Shown piece by piece: positions 38,563 through 50,639 of a DNA stretch of 64,000 bases (its first letter is position 1; every line of letters begins with the position of its first letter). The translations under genes and the position numbers were made by a program. The stretch comes from Octopus sinensis (taxonomy: Eukaryota): NCBI RefSeq assembly GCF_006345805.1, contig NC_043013.1, forward strand, positions 33,046,001 through 33,110,000. The letters are read 5' to 3'. The notes below the pieces were generated by a model. That model did no database searches and was not told the DNA's origin. It saw only the letters and a program-made list of their open reading frames with translations.

Positions 38563-39452
38563 TATATATATATATATAATATATATATATACATATATAT
38601 ATATATGTATGTATATGCATATGTATATATGTATGTGTATATATGTATATATATGCATACATATATATATATATATATAATATATATATATATACATAGA
38701 TGTATATCTGTCTATCTACATATCTACATATTTGTATGCATATATGTATGTAGGGCTATGGATATATGTGTGGGCTGGGCGCTCTTGAGTGTTAATAATC
38801 ACCTACATTATAAATGTTTCACCATAAGTACCAAAATGTAGTAAACGTAGTGAATAGCAATCATAATAACAAAAGAAAAACACAACATTAAAAATAACAT
38901 ACAAAAAAAACCCCCAAACAACAAAAACAACAAAAGAGATAAAATACAAATGGCTAAAAAAACGATAAATTACTTATTATCTCCACTTGTTCTTAAGCTC
39001 TCTAGAATGCTGATGTTTTTGTTGTTGCTGCATTGGTTTCAGACGTCATATTCTGTACTTTGTTGAAGGAACGAAATTCTTTATGTTGGCATCGTTTTTC
39101 TTATTCCTATACGTTCTTGTTTTCATGTTTTTTGGCAGTTTTTTTTCTCATCTCATTTCTTTTTTTTTTTTTCGGATCTTCTTTAGTTTATTGTAATATG
39201 TTTTATTTGTATTTCTGACACTTACACTCCCATACTATGTTGATTTGAACTAAATTTATGTAGACAACAACGGACAAAAAAAAAAAAAGAGTATATGTAT
39301 ATGTGTGTCTCTGTGTATGTATTATATATAAATGTATATATGCGTATGTTTGAATATAAGTACTATATCAAAGTGTATGAATGCATATATGTATGTACGT
39401 ACGGATGTATATATGCATGTAAATGTACATATATGTATATATCTATATATAT

Positions 39453-39465
39453 ATGGAGACTCATA

Positions 39466-39504
<39 letters not shown>

Positions 39505-39509
39505 TCTCC

Positions 39510-39544
<35 letters not shown>

Positions 39545-39554
39545 ATATATATAA

Positions 39555-39597
<43 letters not shown>

Positions 39598-39750
39598 TCT
39601 CCATATATATATATATATATATATATATAGATATATATATATATATCTATATATATATATATATATAATATATATATATTATATATATATATGAGTCTCC
39701 ATATATATATATATATATATATATATATCTATATATATATGAGTCTCCAT
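39453..39750. repeat. (TA)n tract with five copies of a 12-nt island, the first inverted
   Basis: ATGGAGACTCAT at 39453; ATGAGTCTCCAT at 39500, 39593, 39691 and 39739. Confidence 0.95.
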
Positions 39751-40148
39751 ATATATATATATATATAGATATAGATATATGTATGTATATAGACTTCAAT
39801 ATTAACAATTCTGTCGAATCGCTACATATGCATACAAACATCTAACGACCGTGATTTCAGTTCTCACATGGGGCGGTGCGATTTGTTCTTGGGCTCTGCA
39901 CTCACTCCGACAACTGAAGCGTGCCACATCATTTAAATAGGTATATCTATACACACATGCACATATACATATACATGTGTAAATACATACAAACATATAC
40001 ATATATAAACCATACAGACGCTACTACTCGACATATCGTTTATGGCTGACCGGCTTATTAATTTGAATGCATAAGAAGAATGTACTTTTTAGGGATGTCG
40101 AAATATGTTACCTCCCCCCGTCACATTCTCAGTAATGCTGCACTGTCT

Positions 40149-40482
40149 GAGACCCCTTCGGTCACGACACAGACCATGGTATTGCACCTAGAAAGTTACC
40201 CTCCCAGGTACAAGTCTGGGCAAATTTGTTTATGGAAGACTACCAGTCGCCCATGCATACCAACCTCCCCTCTCCACACCACTGACGTTATCCAAGGGAA
40301 AGGTAAAGGTTGATACAGCTTGGCACCAGTGACGTCGCAACTCATTTCTACAGCTGAGTGAACTGGAGCAACGTGAAATAAAGTGTCTTGCTCAAGAAAA
40401 CAACACGCAGCCCGGTCCGGGATTCGATCTCACAAACTCACGATCGTAAGCTCAACGCTCTAACCACTGAGCCATGCGCGTT
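40149..40482 (-). mobile_element. tRNA-SINE, H2-type (CORE-like) head + tail T3
   Basis: Minus strand GCGCATGGCTCAGTGGTTAGAGCG...GATCGAATCCC, ttgagcaagacactttatttcacgttgctccagttcactcagctg, then a tail not shared with T1 or T2. Confidence 0.85.
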
Positions 40483-40535
40483 CACTGTCTATAGTCATAT
40501 TAATCTCACTGCACTGTATATAGTCATATTAATCT

Positions 40536-40760
40536 CGTTCTTGTCCACAGGGGGCTAAACATGAAGAAGACAATCAAGGACAAAGGGATTATGTCGATTA
40601 GATCGACCCCAATGCGTAACTGGTATTTATTTAATCGACCCCGAAAGGATGAAAGGCAAGGACGAGCTCGGCGGAATTTGAACTCAGAACGTAAAGACAG
40701 ATGAAATATAGTTAAGCATTTCGCTCGGCGCCCTGACGATTCTGCCAGCTCGCCGCCCTT
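40536..40760 (-). mobile_element. SINE S3
   Basis: Full S3 order; gtcatatt on both flanks. Confidence 0.9.
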
Positions 40761-41206
40761 GTCTAGAGTCATATTGCTATAACCGCAAGGACCTTATGTT
40801 TGCTATGTGACATGTATTAAGTATCTTTCTGTGGTTAGTAACACAAGCCAAAGAATTCCCGACCGACCATTCTTTGCCTTTCAACACAGCAATTTCCGCC
40901 ATCATAAATTGCTCCATGGTTTCATATATTGTTGTTGTTGCTGTTTTATGCTTAAGGAATATGTTCTGATCTGCGAATAATTGGTTTGCAATTTTTAGCA
41001 GGCGTGCAACAAAATTTAGGTTTCTTATTTTCTGTGATATCTTTCAAGATACACGTTGAGGGCTAAAGAATTTCTAAAACAGCGTGATGCGAAACTATGC
41101 ATCAAGAAGTCTCCTTTAAACAAGTTGAAGTATAATGTTCTATGATGAAAAGCAAAAATTAGTATATGTGAGGAATAGAATACCATTATTGAGTAAAGTA
41201 TATGTA

Positions 41207-41276
<70 letters not shown>

Positions 41277-41304
41277 ATAATATAATAATAATAATTATTA
41301 TTAT

Positions 41305-41540
41305 TCTTTTATTCTTTTACATGTGTCAGTCATTTGACTGCGGCTATGCTGGAGCACCGCCTGTAGTCAAACAAATCGACCCAAGAACTTATTCTTTGTA
41401 AGCCTAGTACTTATTCTATCGGCCACTTTTGCCGCTGAGTAACGGAGAGGTAAACACACCAGCATCGGTTGTCAAGCGGTGGTGGTGGTGGGGGGGTAGA
41501 CACAGACACAAACAAACACATACACAAACACATTTACGCA

Positions 41541-41579
<39 letters not shown>

Positions 41580-41722
41580 TTCTATATACATAGTCTACCG
41601 AGTCCACTCACAAAGCATTGGTTGGTCTGAAGCTATAGTAGAAGACACATGCCCAAGGTGCCACGCAGTGAGACTGAACCAGGAACCATGTGGCTGGTAA
41701 ACAAACTACTTACCACACAGCT
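41305..41722 (-). mobile_element. SINE S2
   Basis: Full S2 order with internal (CA)n. Confidence 0.9.
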
Positions 41723-42204
41723 AACAATAATAAAAGGATTAAATCGTTAAAAATGTTATCAATGGCCAGCATATAAAGATAGACTTATTAAGGTGAAATC
41801 ATATATATAATTATAATTGAGAACATAGAAAAAATTTCTAGCCTATAATTTCTAGCCCTTATAATTAAGGACATAGAAAAAGTTCTAGCCTATATGCTGA
41901 AAAAAGACGCTAAATTGTCCGACCACTTTTAAAGTCATCACAAGATCACACATGAGCTGAAATAGAGGGAGCAAGCTGACGGAAATTCATAACAATATAG
42001 ATAGCTCAGGATTGACCAATTTCTGTATTTGCCTAATGGCTTCTCCTCGTCAGCAGAGCATTACTTAAGGGAAATAAATGAGATATTTAGCGCATATACA
42101 TACATACATACATACATACACATATATATATATATATATATATATATTTTACGGGGTAAATATACATCATTATATGATATGTATATCAAAATATACTTCT
42201 TTAG

Positions 42205-42400
42205 AATATTTTGCCCAGCGAATACAATGGTTTGAAGCATTTGTCCGTCTTTAGGTTCTGAGTTCAAACACTGCCGGGGTCGACTTTACCTTTCATCTTT
42301 TTCGGGGCCGGTTAAATAAGTGCCAGTTAAGCACTGAGGTTGCTGAAATAAACTTACCCACTTGACATAAATTTCTGGTATTGTGCCAAAATTTGAATGT
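42205..42400 (+). mobile_element. SINE S3, diverged
   Basis: gttctgagttcaaacactgccggggtcgactttacctttcatc. Confidence 0.75.
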
Positions 42401-42885
42401 TACTATATATTCATATATAGTAACTGTGTGTGTGTATGTATGTATGTATGTATGTATGTATGTATGTATGTATGTATGTATGTATAAAATTACCGTTAAC
42501 AAAAATCAGGATGCTTGTCGTTAGAGTTACTCAATAAATTTTAAAAAAGCATTAAATATTACCAAACTTACACAGACACAGAAGGACCCTAATTCTTCAT
42601 TAGTTAGTGAACGAAAATACTTATACTCAGTTCTCAGTCTTATCGTTAAAAGCACGAAACTGCGTATCAGTATTTTCGGTCCATAACTGATTAAGATTAA
42701 GTTCCGTCTGTATCCGTCCTACACATTCATTTTGTAGTATTTAATGAATTTTTCACACACATACACACACACACATGTCATATATATATATATATATATA
42801 ATATATATATATATATATTTATATATTTAATATATATGTATATATATATTATAACGATATATATATATATATATATAATACTATT

Positions 42886-42930
<45 letters not shown>

Positions 42931-42963
42931 CATATATATTAATTTGACAGAAGGAGGGAGGCT

Positions 42964-43036
42964 GATTCGCTGGTGTAAAGGTAACTCACTTTGTCGTTTT
43001 AACAAAGGGATGTGGGTTCGACTCCCACACGTATTG
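42964..43036 (+). pseudogene. tRNA-like cloverleaf (pseudo-tRNA or isolated SINE head)
   Basis: D arm GTG/CAC, anticodon stem TTTGT/ACAAA with loop CGTTTTA, T arm GTGGG-TTCGACT-CCCAC; acceptor stem only 5/7; loop positions 33 and 37 are non-canonical. Confidence 0.5.
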
Positions 43037-43651
43037 GAAAGCCCTCTTTCTGTCGAGAGCCTTTATGTCCCTTTATTAGACTATTTGCACAGTGATCGAC
43101 ATAAGCTTTAATCTTGTATAAAAATACCATTATTATTATTATTTACAGGATTGTAAATCATGGCACCTTAATAAAAAAAAAAAACACTCGCACCGAATGT
43201 ACATGCATGCATGTATGTATGTATGTATTCATGTATGCATGTATGTATATATATATATACATACATGCGTATATATATGTATATATATATATAAATATGT
43301 ATACCTATATATGTGTGTGTGTGTGTGTGTGTATGTATACATGCGCGCGCAACACAGATATATATAGATATAGATAAGTGTTGGCTTATTCAAAGTATCG
43401 TTTTCTAACTGGACTAACTTCGAAGTCACAGACATCAAAGTTATAAAATTATTAAAATATTAACCTCTACACACCAACTGAGTCATTTACACGTCGAATA
43501 TCTGTTGCCTTAGTTTTTATGTATATTTAAAATTTCTTATATTTAACACCGGCACAGATAGAGACAGAGAGACAGACAGACAATTAGACACATACACACA
43601 CACATATATACACACATACAGAACACAAATGCACAGATGCGAATACGTCAA

Positions 43652-43775
43652 GGGAGAGGGGGAGGGAGGGAGGGCGCGAGAGGACGATGTATAATGTGCG
43701 TGCAATTCATAGAAACGTGTGAAAATTGGTAGACGTATGAGTTGGTGGGACATAAGGGGATGGGATGAGGGGGGG
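43652..43775 (+). other. Two G-quadruplex-compatible tracts
   Basis: GGG-AGA-GGGGG-A-GGG-A-GGG-A-GGG (43652-43674) and GGG-ACATAA-GGGG-AT-GGG-ATGA-GGGGGGG (43747-43775). Confidence 0.6.
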
Positions 43776-43864
43776 CGGTTCAGGGTCTTGTGATATGTAA
43801 TTTACTGATTGACAGATTGTGAAATATCAAAAGAACTTTTAGTTGTATAGTTCAGAGACACATA

Positions 43865-44273
43865 CATACGTAGCATATACATACACGTACTTACATTCAT
43901 TCATACATACATACATACATACATACATACATACATACATACATACATACATACATACATACATACATACATACATACCAAGAAATCTAAATGCGTACAT
44001 ACGTACGTACGTACCTACATAAATACATACGCACACACATACACATACATACACGCACAAGCACGCATATATATACACACATACATACACGTACACAAAA
44101 TATTACAAATTTTAACCATCATTGTTTTTTTCATAACACTTATTGTTGTTGTTATTGTTATTATCATCATCATCATCATTATTATTATTCTTATTATTCT
44201 TATTATTACGATCATCATCATCATCATCGTTATTGTTGTTGTTGTTATTATTATTATTATTATTATTATAATA

Positions 44274-44336
<63 letters not shown>

Positions 44337-44960
44337 TCATTCTCTTATTAATATTAGTGTTGGTTATGGTCTCCGTGGTCGTAACCATTGTTGTTTGTGT
44401 TGTTGTTGTTGTTGATATTGATGTTGTTGTTGTTGCTTCAATTTTTCGATTGGTGAACTCGAGGGCGGGGCTGGTTGGTGCTACCGCATATTGTTTCCTT
44501 ATTTTTGGTTTCTGTTTTCCTCGTGTAAGGTCTGTATGTATGTGTGTATGTGCTTGTATGTATGTATGTATGTATCTATGTATGTATGTATGTATGTATG
44601 TATGTACGTATGTATGTATGTATGTATGTATGTATGTATGTATGTATGTATGTATGTATGTATGTATGTATGTATGTATGTATGTATGTATGTATGTATG
44701 TATGTATGTACGTACGTATGTATGTATGTATGTATGTATGTATGTATGTACGTATGTATGCATGCATGCATGTATGTATGTATGTATGTATGTAGTATGT
44801 ATGTATTTATGTATATATGTATGTATGTATGTAGTATGTATGATGTATGTGTATGTATGTATGTATGTATGTATGCATGCATGTATGTATGTATGTATGT
44901 ATGTATGTATGTATGTATGTATGTATGTATGTATGTATGTATGTATGTATGTACGTATGT
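43865..44960. repeat. Compound (ATAC)n-(ATT)n-(TATG)n microsatellite block
   Basis: Directly visible; source of the 356-aa pseudo-ORF at 43991. Confidence 0.9.
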
Positions 44961-45229
44961 GTGTGTGGCAGGTGATAGGTAGAAGGTGGTGTGTGTGTAT
45001 GTCTAACGTTCAGAGTTGGATCTGGATGAAATGGGGTGGAAGCCATCGCTCGTTAGTGTAATATGAATAGGTCATGTGATGTTACAGGCGGAGGGGGAGG
45101 AGCTGGCTGGCGTAAGGCAAGAGGAGTGCGGTGCGATGGCTTTGTGCAAAGGTGGCGCATGCGTGACACAAGTGTATTTTGGTTGGACAAAAGTAATGAG
45201 ACATGGTGATTCGAAATGTCAGAGCGGAG

Positions 45230-45282
<53 letters not shown>

Positions 45283-45379
45283 TATATATATATATACCTA
45301 TGTCTATATGTATGTTTGTGTGTGTGCACATATGCATGCATTTATGTATATACTTACGTATGTATATATGTGTATATCA

Positions 45380-45410
<31 letters not shown>

Positions 45411-46199
45411 CACACATACACACACTCACCCCCCCCCCACACACACATACACATATATATCATAGCATATATACACACGTATGTTTGTGCCCTGTTTGTA
45501 TGTTTGCGTGTGTATCTGCGTAGAGTGAAGTTGTCTTTTGATGTGAAGGGGCAGTACACGATTTTCAGACTCGACTTTGATAATGATTGCAAGCAGTGGT
45601 TTGTGATTTGTATTAAAATGCGATTTGATGACGATTTGTTCGCTTGTAATGTTATTGTCATTATTATTCTTGTTGTCAGCAGATTATTAAAATCTGTAGA
45701 GCGTCACACAACCATATCTTCTTCGTTTAGCCACCGTGTCATTGCGTTTTCGTTTCAAATCCCACCTGTGCCATATATTTTATTTATCTGATCGATAAAT
45801 TCGCACCAGCCAGCACTATAAAGTAGTTTTTAATAATTTATGTCCCTTCCTCAAAATTTGAGGTCGTCTTCCAGTTCTTTTATTCTTTTACTTGTTTCAT
45901 TCATTTGACTGCGGCTATGCTGGAGCACCGCCTTGAAGTATCTAAGTCGAACAAATTGACCCCAAAGCCGGGTACTAATTGGTCACATTCACCGAACGCG
46001 AACGTAAACACTCAAAACCGCTTAGACAATATCTTCCAGAACTAAAATTCTGCCTTCAGACGTCGGTTGTTTTCAGTGTACCTTGGGATAATAAAATAAA
46101 ATACTATTCCCATAATCGATTCCAAAATAGTGATTATAACCTTCCACAATATGTATGACCAAGTGTCAGTTGTAGAATCCATTATATAATGATGATAAT

Positions 46200-46410
46200 G
46201 CGGCTGGTTGGCAGAAGTGTTAGCATGCCAGAGGAACAGCTTAGTGGCCTTTCTGCTAGATTTGCGTTCAGGGTTCATCTGCCACTGTAGTCTTCTTGCC
46301 TTTCATCCTTTCGAGGTCATTAAAACAAGTACTGGTCAAGTGCTGTAGTCGATGTATCGAGTGGACCTCCTCCTACGAAATGTCAAGCGTTGTGTTTATA
46401 ATAGAAAGAA
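46200..46410 (+). mobile_element. SINE S3, diverged
   Basis: ttggcagaagtgttagcatgcc...cttgcctttcatcctttcgaggtc. Confidence 0.75.
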
Positions 46411-46517
46411 TTATTGATGATAAAACTTCAAGTCCGCGCTGCTAGAAAAGGATACTATAACCCGACCATGATTTTACTGCCTGCTTTCTGCATTAGAAAT
46501 CTCTGATTATATAATAC

Positions 46518-46599
46518 AATTTTTCTTTTTCAGAAATATATTATCCAATTTTTCTTCTCAGAAATATATTATCCAATTTTTCTTTTCAGAAATATATTA
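46518..46599. repeat. 28-29-bp tandem repeat x3
   Basis: CAATTTTTCTT(T/C)TCAGAAATATATTATC-type unit. Confidence 0.9.
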
Positions 46600-46910
46600 G
46601 TAAATAATTTGAGGGAGATTTGATACTATATCTAGCTCGATCAGCAAATACATGGAAGCTTATTTATGACTTCTTGTTGCTGATGATTTTTAGCTGGAGT
46701 ATACGGGCAATACATGCACTTACTGACTACGATAGTATATTCTTGCTGTTTTGTAGTTTATTAGCCTCTTGTAAGCACTGGCCTAGAGCTGGGTTTCTAC
46801 GAAAACCGTTCCAAATGTAAGCGTTACGTTGTTTACCTACACGTAGCATATCATTCTTAGTGTTCTTAATTTTCTCCCGATGATAAGATTGTAAGAGTTT
46901 TTTTACATGA

Positions 46911-47300
46911 TGTTGTTGTTGTTGGCATCCTTTTGTCCCGGGAGACAAAGGAGTTGCGCATAAACTAATCCAGTCTGGTTTTTACATTTCATGTCCTCTC
47001 CAGTTTCCTCTCCAGTTCTGCGCAGGCCTGGGTTACATGTAAGAAAATCCTGGGTAGCCCAATCGTCAGGATTCCTCTGTCGACCTTGCTGACGTAATCC
47101 AAAGGAGTGCAGAGCATTATGTTTGGCACCAGCTTGGTTGCAGGAGCTGCCGGAAGAATGTCGAGTTGAACACTAAACCGCCTACCGGCCTCCACTCCGG
47201 ATTTCTTTGAAGGTTGTCTCCTTTCCGTAACCCTGGTTAGGGGCCCATAACAGGTACTCTCAGCCGGAGCTAGCTGAGCCTGGTACTCGTGTCAAGCAGA
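46911..47300 (-). mobile_element. Short RTE-derived non-autonomous element (5' UTR-like part + 3' end), tentative
   Basis: Minus strand gcagctcctgcaaccaagctggtgccaaac...ctcctttggattacgtcagcaaggtcga (recalled as RTE 5' UTR-like) is fused to a short 3' segment ending in (AAC)n; no ORF between them. Confidence 0.55.
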
Positions 47301-47659
47301 GTCGTCACTCCCTGAAGTAGTGAAGAAACTCGCTACCTTAATACATGATAGGTTTGCATTATAAGTATATACGACAGAAATGTGTTTCATGTTTAAATGA
47401 AAGAATACTCTAGGACTGTGTGATTTATACGAAATTTTGTTGTAATTTCTAACACAAGTGGACACTCCGTTTTGTTATCGTTTGTGATGTTATTAGAGTT
47501 GTTGAAAGTAGTAGTAGCAGCAGCAGCAGCAACAGGGTAGCAGTAATAACATTAGTAGTAATATTAGCAGTTATTTAGCCCTAGATCAACCCTAACTGAG
47601 TTAACTAGTGGTCAAAAATGTTCCAGCCGTAACACATCATGTTTATATTTAGATATGGT

Positions 47660-47893
47660 AGGTGGCGAGCTGGCAGAATCGTTAGCACGCCGGGCGAAAT
47701 GCGTAGCCGTATTTCATCTACCGTTACGTTCTGAGTTCAAATTCCGCCGAGCTCGACTTTGCCTTTCATCCTTTCGGGGTCGATTAAATAAGTACCAGTT
47801 ACGCACTGGGGTCGATATAATCGACTTAACACGTTTGTCTGTCCGTGTTTGTCCCCTCTGTGTTCAGCCCCTTGTGGGTAATATAGAAATATA
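47660..47893 (+). mobile_element. SINE S3, near full length
   Basis: ggtggcgagctggcagaatcgttagcacgccgggcg...ccccttgtgggtaatatagaaat. Confidence 0.95.
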
Positions 47894-48109
47894 CATTATT
47901 TGAAGGAGATTTGACTGCCTTGTCATGTAAGCAGTCAACAACACAGAAGCTTCTTTCATGGGATTGTGCAGCAAGTGCAGCTGAAATATGACATAACGAC
48001 AAAAACAAGCTTAACAGCAGAAATATTGTCACAAATCAGTGTCATATATAACGAGTCTCATATATAATGTCGTATATAATGGTACAGAGTGTCATATATA
48101 ATGTATATA

Positions 48110-48470
48110 ATGGTTGTTATTGTTATTGTTGCTCTTGTTGTTGTCTTCTGCGATCGGACAGTCCAATGGCGCGCAGGTAGTCGGAGGGACAACGAGGTGC
48201 TTTGCGTAGACATCTTTCTATGTATACAAGAACTTCGCTGAGCTGACGACCATATGTAAACCCCAACATGCAGTGAACGACCATGTAGAGTATTGGATGT
48301 CAATCTCGATTCATTACACGCTCACCATTGCCAAGTTCAGTTCTAAGCTTTTGTAGATTTTGCAAGGAGCCACATCAAAAATGAAGTAGAAGATCTTAGT
48401 GGTGAACGTACGAGACATGTTGTTTCTGCTAGACTTAGTGTTGGTAGTTTGTATGTCTCGCAGTTTTGGG
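48110..48470 (-). mobile_element. Decayed LINE ORF2 C-terminus (I/Jockey-group-like), tentative
   Basis: Frameshifted pieces KLPTLSLAETTCLVR, ACNES...H..VHC (CCHC-like) and PSDYLRAIGL are followed by an AAC/AAT-rich tail. Confidence 0.35.
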
Positions 48471-48919
48471 AGCCAATAATACAATTTAGCATTGCAGCGA
48501 TTAATGTATATATGTGATTTGTCAGTCTTTTCCAGACAAAGCTGAGATACCATAAGCTAGATTAAATAACATACAGTGTGCATTATTTTGCGAAAAGTGT
48601 AGCTTTTCAGATCAGGGTATTTTTCTGCTATATCTACTGTTCGAGTAAATAAGAGTAGGCACCCCAAAGAGCAAGCATTTCTGTTAACTTTGAAGATTTC
48701 GGTAATGTTAGAGGTTTTGGTTTCAAAGGATGCATATTAAAATATAAATTGAAAAAAGAAAAGCAGCGCAAAATAGGCAGTAGTGCGCGCGCGAATTTAT
48801 ATTTGTCTGCGTTCCCATATGGAAAAGATACAGCGGTGTGTGCTTGTGTGTGTGTGTATATATATATATGTATGTATGATTATATGTATGTATTTATGTA
48901 TGTGAGGGTAGTCTTTCTT

Positions 48920-48984
<65 letters not shown>

Positions 48985-49135
48985 ATATCTATCTATCTAT
49001 CTATCTATGCAAATACGCATGTACCTACGAATATATCTATGTATATATAAATATATATATATAAACATACTTATATATAAAAGGCGTACGTACACATACA
49101 TACACACATATACAAATATATATGTATATATACAT

Positions 49136-49170
<35 letters not shown>

Positions 49171-50100
49171 CATATATACATTATGTGAATTTCTACGCGT
49201 AATTGCTTGTGTGATCCCTCCCTCTGTCTCCATCTCTATATTTGCGTATGCGCGCGCGCGTGTATGTGTATGCCTGTGTGTAAATATGTATGTGTGTCTG
49301 TATGTGAAACCGCGCGCGTGTTCGTACATGTGTCGGTTAGGCCATTAAAATAATAGGAAATCTCTGTTTCGCATTTTACTGATTTCTTCCCTTAATTTTC
49401 CATCCAACCTTTTAGCTTCAGAGATTCTTGTGAAGTTTTCTATTTGTTATTGTCATCCTCATATCGCTACTGTTATTGTTATTGTTGCTATTATTGTTGT
49501 TGTTGTTGCTGTTAATATTCTATATTTGGGTGCACTTCGTTATATTAATCGATTGTGCTGTCCACTGTTAAAATTTGATTTTTTTTTCTTTCGTTGGTGT
49601 TTGCTTATTGTTCTTTTACCAATAGTTCGTATTGTTGTTGTCTTACCTCCTTCCGCTGCTGCTTCTACGCCTGCTACTGCTACTTTTAATGTTTCAAGCT
49701 GTTCTAACAATTTTTGCTGCCGTTGATGTTGGTGTTGCAGTGGCTGTTGTTGTCATTTAGCCCTAACTCAATCCCTGAACCAGTGTGCTTCTGTTAAACC
49801 AGATATTAACTTCAGTCGAGATGAATATTTCTATTACATGATCTGAAGTTCGCGTTCGCTACGTAAGAAGGTCGAATGTAATTTAAAGGGGACTTGGCTA
49901 CTAATTATTTTAGGTCGATTGGCCGTATAGCGGAACCATCATTTGGAAATATTATTGTTACCGGTTCGACGACGGCGACACTGCCCATTTATTGCAGTTG
50001 TTGTTTGACCAAGCACATTTCCTACGGCTGATACTAACCATGAGCAGTAAAAAAAATAAGTAGACGTACGATCAAAGATACTTCATTTCTAAATATTCTG

Positions 50101-50106
<6 letters not shown>

Positions 50107-50135
<29 letters not shown>

Positions 50136-50323
50136 TGTATGTATGTATGTATGTATGTATGTATGTATGTATGTATGTATGTATGTATGTATGTATGTAT
50201 GTATGTATGTATGTATGTATGTATGTATGTATGTATGTATGTATGTATGTATGTATGTATGTATGTATGTATGTATGTATGTATGTATGTATGTATGTAT
50301 GTATGTATGTATGTATGTATGTA
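50107..50323. repeat. Perfect (ATGT)n, about 54 units
   Basis: Directly visible. Confidence 0.95.
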
Positions 50324-50639
50324 TATCTATGTGTGTGTGTCATTGTGTCTGTTTGTCTCCCCGCTAAGGTTTGACAACCAGTATTTGTGTGTTTACGTCT
50401 CTGTAACTTAGCGGTAGGACAAAAGAGACCTATTAAAGAAGTACCAGGCTTAAAAATAAGTCCTGGGTTCGACTTCTTCGGCGAAAACCCTTAAATGTGG
50501 TGCTAAATATTAAAAAGTTTGTATAAATATATTTGCTTATATGTATTATACACACATAGATACATATAGTAATATATACCAAATTCCAAATTCTTTTACA
50601 GAAGTATATTTACAGTTAAAAATAAAAAAAAACAGAGAA

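Noticed and set aside
39453-39750. CRISPR-like repeat/spacer appearance
   Set aside because: The repeats are only 12 nt, the spacers are pure (TA)n of irregular length, and the context is eukaryotic with no cas genes.
43991-45061. 356-aa ORF and the many other YIYI/MYVC/IIII/LSIY ORFs in the track
   Set aside because: They are translations of stop-free microsatellites, with no protein-like complexity or splice context.
46727-46910. Minus-strand ORF ...QSYHREKIKNTKNDMLRVGK...
   Set aside because: It starts inside the RTE-derived element, stops just before the nearby donor, and matches no recognised family.
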